Positions 9,610 through 17,601 of a stretch of 64,000 bases of DNA are shown here, one piece after another. Source of the DNA: an uncultured Acidobacteriota bacterium (GTDB lineage Bacteria > Acidobacteriota > Blastocatellia > Pyrinomonadales > Pyrinomonadaceae); contig CAWATU010000004.1 of the NCBI GenBank assembly GCA_963785125.1, positions 51,260-115,259 on the forward strand, read 5' to 3'. Position 1 is the first letter of the stretch. Each line of letters starts with the position of its first letter. The notes under the pieces were generated by a model. It saw only the letters and a program-made list of their open reading frames with translations. It was not told the origin of the DNA and searched no databases. Made by a program: the position numbers and the translations under genes.

Positions 9610-11196
9610 TCAGTTGACGAGCGCGCGCTGGCGGAGTGCGTGGCGGAAGAGTTGAGCATCGCGCCCCTGCGTGTTGGGCGACCAGGTGGCGCGCATCGCG
9701 TGCACGCCGGTCGTGTCCGGGGCGAGGTGAAGGCTGTAGGTCTCGCGCGCCCGGGGCTCGTAGACGACGTAGCGACGCCCCTCCTGCGCGCCGTCGGACG
9801 GGCGCGCGCCCTCACAGATGATCTCGTCGTAGCCGTCGCCGTCGAGGTCTGCGACCTCCGCCGTCCATCCCGCGCCGCGGAAGCCTTCGACATCGAGCGC
9901 CACGCTCTTCGTCAACGCATAGCCCCCGCGCCCGGCCGCGCGCTCGATGACGAGCAGCGTCGCCATCCCGTCCGAAGGGTCTGCCGCGACCGCCGCCACG
10001 ACCTGCCCGGCGCCCGTCCCGACGAGCTTCACGTCCGAGACGCGTCCGCGCGAGACCGAAGCGGCCACGCGCCACGCGCCTTCACGCGTGAGTTGTGCGG
10101 ACTCCGCGCGTCTCGCCTTGCGGTCCCGGCGCGGCATGAGCGCCGCCTTGACCGCCGCAGGGTCGCGCGCGACTTCGGCCAGCGCGTCCGTCTTCGCCGC
10201 GCGCGCAGTCCACGCGACCGCCACGGTGACCAACATCGCGAAGAGCGCGAAGAGCGTGACCACGCGCGTGAACGTGTAGCGGCCGGAGTCGAGCGCGCCG
10301 ATGGTTCCGGCGAAGGGCTCGGCCTCGACGCCCAAAGGGATGGTGACGCGGCGCGCGCGCTCGATTGATTGCTCGACCAACCGGCACGCCTCGGCCGCGG
10401 TCGTCGGCCGGTGCGCCGGGTTCTTCGCGAGCAGTGTGTGGACGGCGAGCGCCAACGCACGAGGGAGGTCGGGTCTTAAAGAGAGAAGGGCCATCGGCTG
10501 CGCCGTCGCCTGCTTGACGAGCACGACCGACGAGAGTTGATCGATGAAGGGCGGGCGCCCGGCCAACATCTCGTAGAGCAGAACGCCGACGCTGTAGAGG
10601 TCTGATGCGGGCCCGACGCGGTGGCCGAGGCACTGCTCGGGCGACATGTAGCGCGGCGTGCCGATGATGAGGCCCGACTCGGTCGTCGCGTGCGTGCGCG
10701 TCATGTCGGTCGAGTCCTGCAAGACCTTGGCGATGCCGAAGTCGAGCACGCAGACGCCGCGCTCGTTGATGATGATGTTCGACGGCTTGAGGTCGCGGTG
10801 GACGATGCCCAACGCGTGTGCTTCCGACAGCACTTCACAGATTTCCGACGCGACTCGCACGGCGCGCTCGGGCTCGAACTGCCCCTCGCGCGCCAGCGTC
10901 TCGGCGAGCGTCGAGCCCGCGACGTACTCCATGACGATGAAGGGACGGCCGTCGGCCAGATGCCCTGCGTCGAAGATCATCGCCGCGCGCGGGTGCTTGA
11001 GCCGCGCCATCGTCCGCGCCTCGCGCATAAAGCGGTCGGCGATTTCGGGATGCGCGGCAAACTCCTGTTTCAGGATTTTAATGGCTACGGGGCGTTCGAG
11101 CCCCAGGTGGGAGGCACGGTAAACCGTGCCCATGCCGCCCCGGCCGATCTCGCACTCGACGCGAAACCGGCCCGCGATAATCTGGGGGGTGTCCAT
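9610..11196 (-). CDS. Ser/Thr protein kinase with TM segment and FG-GAP/VCBS-like C-terminal region
   Basis: Hanks motifs GRGGMGTVY, AIK, HRDLKPSNII, DFG and SPE; C-terminal DLDGDGYDE. Start set to ATG 11196 (MDTPQII). The upstream 90 codons of the track ORF run into the IS terminal repeat. Confidence 0.85.
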   Translation of the reverse strand: MDTPQIIAGRFRVECEIGRGGMGTVYRASHLGLERPVAIKILKQEFAAHPEIADRFMREARTMARLKHPRAAMIFDAGHLADGRPFIVMEYVAGSTLAETLAREGQFEPERAVRVASEICEVLSEAHALGIVHRDLKPSNIIINERGVCVLDFGIAKVLQDSTDMTRTHATTESGLIIGTPRYMSPEQCLGHRVGPASDLYSVGVLLYEMLAGRPPFIDQLSSVVLVKQATAQPMALLSLRPDLPRALALAVHTLLAKNPAHRPTTAAEACRLVEQSIERARRVTIPLGVEAEPFAGTIGALDSGRYTFTRVVTLFALFAMLVTVAVAWTARAAKTDALAEVARDPAAVKAALMPRRDRKARRAESAQLTREGAWRVAASVSRGRVSDVKLVGTGAGQVVAAVAADPSDGMATLLVIERAAGRGGYALTKSVALDVEGFRGAGWTAEVADLDGDGYDEIICEGARPSDGAQEGRRYVVYEPRARETYSLHLAPDTTGVHAMRATWSPNTQGRDAQLFRHALRQRALVN

Positions 11197-11433
11197 CTCC
11201 TGACCCTCTCGTTCGGGAAAGCAGGGTCGCTGCGGACGGCGCGCACTTTTCTCACTTCTCGACGCGGGGCAGCAGAGAGAAGAAGAGGGGCCGCGGCCGA
11301 GCGCCACGGGTGAAACCTGACTGGGACAGTTGTAGGGAGAAACGATTCGCCCGACCTTCCGACGCAGGCGGGCGAGTGGAGAGTGTAGCATTTCTGCCGC
11401 GCCGCGCAAGAGTTTTTCCGCGGCCGGAAGGCT

Positions 11434-12595
11434 GGTAGTGGCCCCGTTACATTGGGGATTGGTCACGGGGCAGCGCTGCGATAGCCCAAGACCTCGGCCA
11501 CCGTCCAGACGTGATCGGTGATTCCGTGCCGCATCGCCGGCGTCTCACCCCGCAGCCCGCGGTGCCTGCGGCAGAAGTTATAGAAGGTCTTATCCACCTC
11601 GCACTGGTCATCCATGTACTCGACCAACTTGGCGAAGGCGTAGGTCTTTCTCACCAGGTAGCGATTGCGTGAGCGGGCCGTCCCGTTCTGCCGCTCCAAG
11701 AGTGAAGTCGAGACGAAGGCGAGGTCCGTCGCGGGCGACCCCAGCACCAGCTTCTTCTCGACCTTCGTTACGCGCTTGCCTTCTCTCGTCTTCTCGACCT
11801 GCCCGTAGACGAGCGTCGGGTCGGGGATGACTTGAGGCTTCGGCGGCCGCCCCGGCTTGCCCTTCTTGACCAGCCCCCACCGCAGCGGGTAGGCCGTCAA
11901 GGCTCTCACCTGCTCGCGCAAGGGCTTGGTGTAAGCGTCATAGCCGTCGCTGCTGATGCGCGGCAGGCATCCCGGGGCGAGGCGGTCGAAGCTCCGATTT
12001 ACCAGCAGTTCGGCCGCCTCGGGCGTGCGCGCAGCAACGAACTGCTCGACTAAGAGCCGGCTCTCCCGCGCCATCGCCTTGTGCCACCACGCCTCGCCGC
12101 GTCGCGAGTTGTCGGCGAAGGGGGCTTTCTTCGACCCGGCGAACGACCACTGCTCGTCCAACTCCAGGTCGGTGACTCTCAGGTCGGTGACGAACTCTGC
12201 ATCCACGGCGCGGGCGCGAGGGGCGGCGCGTCGGCGCCAGCGGCGCAACGTCTCCCGGCGGTGGCGGCGCGTCTGGGCGGTCGAGGTCTGCGTGTCGCCT
12301 CGCAGCATGGCGTCAAGGGAGCGGGCAACCTCCGCCTCGGGAGTCTTGAGGTTGAAGAAGGCCGTGCCTCGTCGCTCCGACAGGCCCTTGCCGCACCTAC
12401 GGCAGCGCCACAGTGTGCGCGGCCCGTCGCGCGTACGATAGCTGCTGTGATAGAAGAGGTCGCGCGACAGCCCTCCGCAATGGGGGCAGCGCAGGGAAGG
12501 CGGAGGATGACGGGTCTTGTGTCGAGCCATGACAGCCGACACTTTCCGCACTTTGCCTTCCTTTTTTCAATCCCCAATGTAAGAGGGCCACTACC
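11434..12595 (-). mobile_element. IS1-family insertion sequence (single-ORF type), apparently intact
   Basis: 1162 bp. The terminal IRs at 11434-11460 (GGTAGTGGCCCCGTTACATTGGGGATT) and 12569-12595 (reverse complement GGTAGTGGCCCTCTTACATTGGGGATT) match at 25/27 positions. The direct repeat GGAAGGCT lies at 11426-11433 and 12596-12603. Confidence 0.8.
11463..12551 (-). CDS. IS1-family DDE transposase
   Basis: Zn-finger CPHCGG...CRRCG. Motifs DEQWSF, SDGYDAY, LLERQNGTARSRNRYLVRKTYAFAK and YNFCRRH. The stop lies just inside the left IR. Start is GTG 12551 or ATG 12530. Confidence 0.8.
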   Translation of the reverse strand: MRKVSAVMARHKTRHPPPSLRCPHCGGLSRDLFYHSSYRTRDGPRTLWRCRRCGKGLSERRGTAFFNLKTPEAEVARSLDAMLRGDTQTSTAQTRRHRRETLRRWRRRAAPRARAVDAEFVTDLRVTDLELDEQWSFAGSKKAPFADNSRRGEAWWHKAMARESRLLVEQFVAARTPEAAELLVNRSFDRLAPGCLPRISSDGYDAYTKPLREQVRALTAYPLRWGLVKKGKPGRPPKPQVIPDPTLVYGQVEKTREGKRVTKVEKKLVLGSPATDLAFVSTSLLERQNGTARSRNRYLVRKTYAFAKLVEYMDDQCEVDKTFYNFCRRHRGLRGETPAMRHGITDHVWTVAEVLGYRSAAP

Positions 12596-12631
12596 GGAAG
12601 GCTTAAAGGAAAGTGGCGGGCGGGGCGCTCT

Positions 12632-13057
12632 TCAAGCGTGCCCCAGCCCGCCGACCCACTGAATCAACATCACGGAGACGACGACGGCCCCGTAGAGAGT
12701 CGCCCACGACAGGAGCCGGCGCCGAGCCGGAGTGCCCTCCTCGTCGAGATGCGCCGCGAAGAGGAGTTGCGCGGCGAGCAGGATGAGGGCGGCGACAAGT
12801 ACCGGGCCCGCGGGGTTCAACGCGAGCGCGCCCCGCAGGTCGCCGCCGAGAGTCAACAACACGCTGCGCGTCATCCCGCACCCGGGGCAGTTCACACCGA
12901 ACAGCAGGCGCGAAGGGCAGATGACGGGCAGTTCGCGCCCCGCGACGTGGACGGCCGTGGTGCTTGCGGTAGCGAGCCCGCGCGCCAGCGCCAGCGACGC
13001 AAGGAGCGCGGCCCCGGTCAGGCCGGTCTTCAAACGCTCTCGACTCAGCTCCAACAC
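12632..13057 (-). CDS. DUF2752 domain membrane protein
   Basis: CPSRLLFGVNCPGCGMTR motif plus TM helices. Start moved to GTG ~13057 to avoid overlapping the upstream gene. Confidence 0.7.
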   Translation of the reverse strand: MLELSRERLKTGLTGAALLASLALARGLATASTTAVHVAGRELPVICPSRLLFGVNCPGCGMTRSVLLTLGGDLRGALALNPAGPVLVAALILLAAQLLFAAHLDEEGTPARRRLLSWATLYGAVVVSVMLIQWVGGLGHA

Positions 13058-13083
13058 CGCCCCGGCCGCCGCCCGCGGACGCC

Positions 13084-13599
13084 CTAGAACCAAGCCTTCT
13101 TGCCTTGGACGTACGTCCTGACGAACTCCTCGTCGGACTTGGTGAGATAGATGATCCCCTCGATGAGGCCGACGATGCCGACCGCGATGGAGGCGATGCC
13201 GCAGGTCAGGAACATGCCGATGACCCACGCGGCGAGCATGATGATGCCCTCGGTGTTGTAGCCGAGGATGAACTTGTGGACGCCGAAGCCGCCGAGCAGG
13301 ATGCCGCAGATGCCGGCCGCCATCTTCTTGTTCGCGCCCTGCGCCATCCAGTCGCCGGCCTGCTGCTGATAACCGGCCAGCGGGTCCTGCTGCGGCGTGT
13401 AGCTCGGGTAGCCCGAGGGAGGCGGCTGCGGCGCCGAGTAGCCGCTCGACTGATAGTCTTGCTGGGTCTGCTGCTGCCCGAGGTCGCCGCTCTGGCGCCA
13501 GGACTCAGGTTGGGGGGAGGCCGGGAGCGTCGTGCCGCACTTCACGCAGAAGCGCGTCCCCTCGACGTTCTCGGCACCGCAGGAAGGACATCCGATCAT
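13084..13599 (-). CDS. zinc-ribbon plus TM2 domain membrane protein
   Basis: CPSCG..FCVKCG ribbon, Q/P/Y-rich linker, and TM2 motif GILLGGFGVHKFILGY. Confidence 0.75.
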   Translation of the reverse strand: MIGCPSCGAENVEGTRFCVKCGTTLPASPQPESWRQSGDLGQQQTQQDYQSSGYSAPQPPPSGYPSYTPQQDPLAGYQQQAGDWMAQGANKKMAAGICGILLGGFGVHKFILGYNTEGIIMLAAWVIGMFLTCGIASIAVGIVGLIEGIIYLTKSDEEFVRTYVQGKKAWF

Positions 13600-13743
13600 C
13601 TCTCTCTCCTTATCACGACCCGGCGCGGCCGGGGCTCAATGTTCAGGGGTGGAATTTTTCGGGCCAAGCCGGGAGTCTACAGGACTCTTAAAGCTCGACG
13701 GATGGCCACAAGTCTTTCTCACAAACGGAAGCAAAAGTAAAGA

Positions 13744-13815
13744 GGTGAATGGTGAATAGTAAATGGTAAATGGTTAAGCCAACTTCCATTCACCATTTAC
13801 TATTCACCATTCACC
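13744..13815. repeat. long hairpin, GGTGAAT-heptamer family (copy 1)
   Basis: 30-bp arms (GGTGAAT GGTGAAT AGTAAAT GGTAAAT GG) with one mismatch; loop TTAAGCCAACTT. The stop codon of the 13800..14756 gene lies inside the right arm. Confidence 0.9.
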
Positions 13816-14756
13816 ATATCAGGCACCCAGAAGGTCTGGCCGGCGGATTCGACGCGGCGGAGGCCGCGCGCGGGCAGCTCGCGCTCGGGGAGACCGAGGT
13901 AGGTGAAGTGCGGCAGGTCGCTCAGGACGGTCTGGAACCAGCCGTGGCGCCCGAGCAGCGCCCCGACGCGCGCTTCCTGAAACTCCTCGATGTCGATGGC
14001 GAGCATGGCGAGATGCTGCGAGGCGCCGGGCGCGGCCACCGACTGGAGGATGCTCTTGTCGAAATACTTGCTGAAGAAAACGCCGTCGCTCTCAAGCTCA
14101 AGCACGGCCGCCGCCTGCTCGCGCAGAGGGAGCCCGCGCAGGCGCTCGGCCTCCGCGCCGTCGAGCCGCCCCGCCGCGCACCAGTGTTCGAGCGCCGGGT
14201 CGCAGCGCGAGCGCCAGAGCCGCAGCGAGTCGGCGTAGCTGCGCCGCCCCGCCTCGCTCCCGCCGCGCGGCGTGATGCGCAGCCCCAAGTAGGCCGCCTC
14301 CTCACGCGCGGCCAGCAGCGCGCCCAATGCGACAGGCTGCAACTCGATAACGGCCCCGTTCAGGACTTCGGCCCGCCAGCCCGCCGCGCGCTGGAAACGC
14401 TCGACCGCCTCCTCGCTCTCAAGCACGCAGGCGTCGGGCAGTGCGACGCCCTCGGCGACGAACATCGCGCCGTACTCTTCGAGCACGCGGCGCGTCAGCA
14501 TATCGCCGGCCGGACAGAACTTCTCAAGGCTCAAGCCCCTCCGCCCGAGCGCACGCCCGAGCGCCGCGTGGAAGGGCGAAGCATCTGCGCCGCGCTTGCT
14601 CGCCGCGCAGGCGTCCTCTCGCTTCCCAAACTCTTCGACGGACAAGTCCGTGGGTTCTCCTCTCGGCGCGCCGCGGAAGGCCGGGGCTTGTCCCCGCCGG
14701 CGTCGTGTGGTAACACGCAGGGTCGATTGTAAACGAACGGGGGCGGGCGCTGACAA
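13800..14756 (-). CDS. VanY/M15-like metallopeptidase-fold protein (tentative)
   Basis: H-x6-D (SQHLAMLAID) and a later His (LPHFTY) resemble the Zn ligands of M15 D-Ala-D-Ala carboxypeptidases. No obvious signal peptide. Start uncertain. Confidence 0.5.
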   Translation of the reverse strand: MSAPAPVRLQSTLRVTTRRRRGQAPAFRGAPRGEPTDLSVEEFGKREDACAASKRGADASPFHAALGRALGRRGLSLEKFCPAGDMLTRRVLEEYGAMFVAEGVALPDACVLESEEAVERFQRAAGWRAEVLNGAVIELQPVALGALLAAREEAAYLGLRITPRGGSEAGRRSYADSLRLWRSRCDPALEHWCAAGRLDGAEAERLRGLPLREQAAAVLELESDGVFFSKYFDKSILQSVAAPGASQHLAMLAIDIEEFQEARVGALLGRHGWFQTVLSDLPHFTYLGLPERELPARGLRRVESAGQTFWVPDMVNGE

Positions 14757-14773
14757 ATCCGGAACTTAAAAGT

Positions 14774-15133
14774 ATGAGTCGGCTCAACAAATTTCAGGAG
14801 ATACACGCACAGTACCGCCGGCACGGCTGGCGGCTCGCGCGCGTGCTGGCGCGGCCCGAGTCGCTCGCCGAGATGCGCGGCCGCGGCGACGCCGCCGCGA
14901 CGTTCGAGGGCGTAGCCGCGGCCGAGTCGGACGTGGACGCGATGTGGTTCTCGCGCCCCTCCGCGGAAGGGCGCGAGGCTTGGGAGCTGCGCCTCGTCGG
15001 CGACACGCCCTACGCGCTCTTCGAGCTGTTCGAGCCCGACGAAGAGGAAGAGGAGCGCGAAGACGTGCGCCGCGAGATGGAGGCGCGACTGCGCGAGTAC
15101 GTCGCGCCCGGAACGCAGAACGAGGAACGTTGA
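14774..15133 (+). CDS. small acidic hypothetical protein
   Basis: 119-aa ORF divergent from the previous gene. The last ~7 codons and the stop are contributed by the left arm of the downstream hairpin. Confidence 0.5.
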   Translation: MSRLNKFQEIHAQYRRHGWRLARVLARPESLAEMRGRGDAAATFEGVAAAESDVDAMWFSRPSAEGREAWELRLVGDTPYALFELFEPDEEEEEREDVRREMEARLREYVAPGTQNEER

Positions 15134-15192
15134 AGGATGAACTGAAAGCCCCTCGCCTTCAGTTCATCCTTCAACGTTCCTCGTTCTGCGTT
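15112..15192. repeat. long perfect hairpin with heptamer-periodic arms (AACGCAG type)
   Basis: 35-bp perfect stem (AACGCAG AACGAGG AACGTTG AAGGATG AACTGAA) with an 11-nt loop, between convergent stops at 15133 and 15198. Confidence 0.9.
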
Positions 15193-15197
15193 GATAC

Positions 15198-16199
15198 CTA
15201 ACCCCTACTCCGCCCGATCTTGACGGGAATCTCGATCTGCTCCGCCCCGCGCACGACGGTGACGGGGACGGTCGAGCCGGCCAACGCCTCGGCAATGCGG
15301 TAGCGGAGGTCGCCGGGGGTGCGAATGAGGTAATCGCCGAACTTGATGACGATGTCGCCCTCCTTGAGCCCCGCGATGTCGGCCGGCTCGTTGCGGTTCA
15401 CGTCGTCCAGCTCGACGCCGTAGATGTTCATGTTCGGCACCTGCACGCGCGCGCCGACATCAATGCCAATGACGCCGCGGCCGCCCGGCCGCTGCTCGAA
15501 CATCCTCATACCCGGCACATCCTTCTCCGCGCCCGGCGTCAGCTTGGTGCTGCCGGGCACGTTGTCGCGGATGTAATCGACATCGACGGGTTTGCCGACG
15601 GGCGTGTCGCCGAGAATCCGCCGCATGTCGTCGGCGTTCCGCACGTCCTTCCCGTCGAACCTCTTGATGATGTCGCCGCCGATGAGTCCGGCGCGCAGGA
15701 GCGGCGTCTCCGGCCCGGCGATGCCCTGAATCAACGCGCCGCCGCCCGGGGCCGTCTCGAAGCCGTCAACCCCCAGGAAAGACCTTTCGGCTCGTGGCAC
15801 GGCGGCCCCCCCGCGGCGCCCCATCATTGCGAGCGGCAGCAGCCCGCCCACGATCAGCATGACCGCAATGATCGTCACCCACAGCCAAACGCCGCGCACG
15901 GGGCGGCACATCTTCGCCAGTTTCGAGGTCGAGCCCTGCGCCTGTTGGCCGCCCATCGCCGAGGCAGAGCCGAACGGCTGGATGGGCGCGGCGCCCCAAG
16001 TCTGGCGCGCCTGAAAGTGGTCTGTGGCAGGCGACGGCGTCGGCGCGGCCGTCGGCATCGACGCGGCGTCGAAGCGCTGCGTGGGGACGTACTCTTCGAC
16101 GCCCTCGCCGAGACGATAGCCGCACCTGCGGCAGAAACGCAGCCCGGCGACGAGCGTCGCCCCGCAGCTAGGGCAGTTGACCATGTTTTCAGCTCGCAT
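15198..16199 (-). CDS. zinc-ribbon, single-TM protein with two PDZ domains
   Basis: CPSCG..FCRRCG, TM VWLWVTIIAVMLIVGGLL, and PDZ-like segments (AGLIGGDIIKRFDG; AGLKEGDIVIKFGD). Start is ATG 16199 or 16184. The longer track ORF is unsupported. Confidence 0.75.
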   Translation of the reverse strand: MRAENMVNCPSCGATLVAGLRFCRRCGYRLGEGVEEYVPTQRFDAASMPTAAPTPSPATDHFQARQTWGAAPIQPFGSASAMGGQQAQGSTSKLAKMCRPVRGVWLWVTIIAVMLIVGGLLPLAMMGRRGGAAVPRAERSFLGVDGFETAPGGGALIQGIAGPETPLLRAGLIGGDIIKRFDGKDVRNADDMRRILGDTPVGKPVDVDYIRDNVPGSTKLTPGAEKDVPGMRMFEQRPGGRGVIGIDVGARVQVPNMNIYGVELDDVNRNEPADIAGLKEGDIVIKFGDYLIRTPGDLRYRIAEALAGSTVPVTVVRGAEQIEIPVKIGRSRG

Positions 16200-16475
16200 C
16201 TGCGGCCCCCTCCTGTTCGCGGCACGCTTGAAAGTTTGTCCGGGACTCCGGCCGCGGCGTGCGCCGTCGGCGTACTTTGCGGCGGCGTGTGTTACCGATA
16301 TACGCCTGTTGGAGCGCCGCGGTTGCATCGGGCGCGCGCGGGACTTAGACTCGTGCCCGCGCCCTAAGTAACGCCGCGGCAGGTATTTTGGCTCGCGACG
16401 CGCCCGCACGCAAGCGCCTCCGGCCGCCCGGCACGGTGTGTGCTCTATAGTTGAGCAGAAAGGGAGGTCGGACAG

Positions 16476-16694
16476 TTGGAAGTAACCAAGGCCCTCGCGG
16501 CGCTCCAGCCGCTCTACGGCAAGGACAACGTCGAGATCGTCACCGAGACGGGCGCGCGCGTCCGCGGCGTCGTCCGCAGCCTCAAACAGACGCAGGCGCT
16601 CACACGCCCCAGCGTCAAGATCGAACGCCCCGACGGCGAAGTCGTCAAAATTCACTTCTCAGCCATCACCGAGATCATCGACCACAACCGTTGA
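16476..16694 (+). CDS. small hypothetical protein
   Basis: 72 aa with a TTG start, preceded by AGGGAGG. Confidence 0.5.
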   Translation: MEVTKALAALQPLYGKDNVEIVTETGARVRGVVRSLKQTQALTRPSVKIERPDGEVVKIHFSAITEIIDHNR

Positions 16695-16696
16695 AA

Positions 16697-16817
16697 AGCC
16701 GTGAACCGTGAACCGTCAACCGTGACCAGAGAAAATGGGTTCTTCCTCTGGTCACGGTTGACGGTTCACGGTTCACGGCTCTTTCTGGTCACGGTTTACG
16801 GTTCAAGGTTTACGGTG
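16697..16817. repeat. long perfect hairpin, CGTGAAC-heptamer family (copy 1), plus an extra third arm
   Basis: 35-bp arms at 16697-16731 and 16746-16780 (CGTGAAC CGTGAAC CGTCAAC CGTGACC) with a 14-nt loop. An additional same-sense arm-like segment lies at 16785-16817 (CTGGTCACGGTTTACGGTTCAAGGTTTACGGTG). Confidence 0.9.
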
Positions 16818-16866
16818 TTACAGTATCGGCCCGTCGGCCGCCTCGGGGCCGCGGGAAGAGTTTTGA

Positions 16867-17514
16867 ATGATGACGATTGAGGATTTCGGAGCGCGCGTGG
16901 CGAGCGTGTGGCAGGGCTTGAGGCCCTCGACGCGCAGCCTGGTCGAGCGCGCCCTCTCGACGCCGGCGCCACTTCAGCAGGGCCCGGCCGCCACCACCGC
17001 CACGGCCTCACGCCGCGAAAGCATCTACGACGCGCGCTCCGAGTGGGAGTTGAGCCGGCTGCTGGCCGCGCTCGACGAGCGCGCCGCCGAGGTCGGCGCC
17101 GACACACTCAGCGCCGAGCAGTCGCGCGACCTGCTCCGCATGACCGAGACCTGCGCCGCCGTGCTCAACCGCGAGGCGCGCTCGTCCGAAGTCTTCGCAC
17201 AGTTGCTTGAGCGCGCGCTGCGCGTCAAAGACTACGCGCGCGTGGACGAGATCGCCGACGTGATGACGGCGCGCCTCGCCCCGAGCGAGTTGTGCGAGAC
17301 GGCGCGTCACTTCAACCCGGCCGTCCGCGCCGTCGCGCAGGAGGCTTTGCTGCAACTGCCGACCGGCATCCTCGTCGCGCTGCTCGGCGACCCCGTGGAC
17401 GCCGAGACCGCGCGCAACGCGCTCGAATCCCAGGCCGACGAGTACGAGTCCGAAGAGGCGCGCATCGTCGTCACCGCCCTCCAACAGGTCGAAGACGCCG
17501 AAGACGATTTCTAA
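16867..17514 (+). CDS. hypothetical protein (helical, possibly HEAT-like)
   Basis: 215-aa ORF with protein-like composition. No domain recognised. Confidence 0.5.
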   Translation: MMTIEDFGARVASVWQGLRPSTRSLVERALSTPAPLQQGPAATTATASRRESIYDARSEWELSRLLAALDERAAEVGADTLSAEQSRDLLRMTETCAAVLNREARSSEVFAQLLERALRVKDYARVDEIADVMTARLAPSELCETARHFNPAVRAVAQEALLQLPTGILVALLGDPVDAETARNALESQADEYESEEARIVVTALQQVEDAEDDF

Positions 17515-17522
17515 GAAGGCAA

Positions 17523-17601
17523 AAGGCAAACTTCAAAAAGCAAAAGGAGGATGAGAAACACGCTGCTTCTCATCCTCCTTTTGCTTTTTGAAGTTTGCCT
17601 T
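17523..17601. repeat. long perfect hairpin, AAGGCAA-type heptamer arms
   Basis: 35-bp perfect stem with a 9-nt loop. The right arm overlaps the ispH stop codon (17600-17602). Confidence 0.9.

Noticed and set aside
11197-11466. N-terminal 90-codon extension of the kinase ORF (track start 11466)
   Set aside because: The extension reads through the upstream spacer into the IS left terminal repeat. The kinase domain begins right after ATG 11196.
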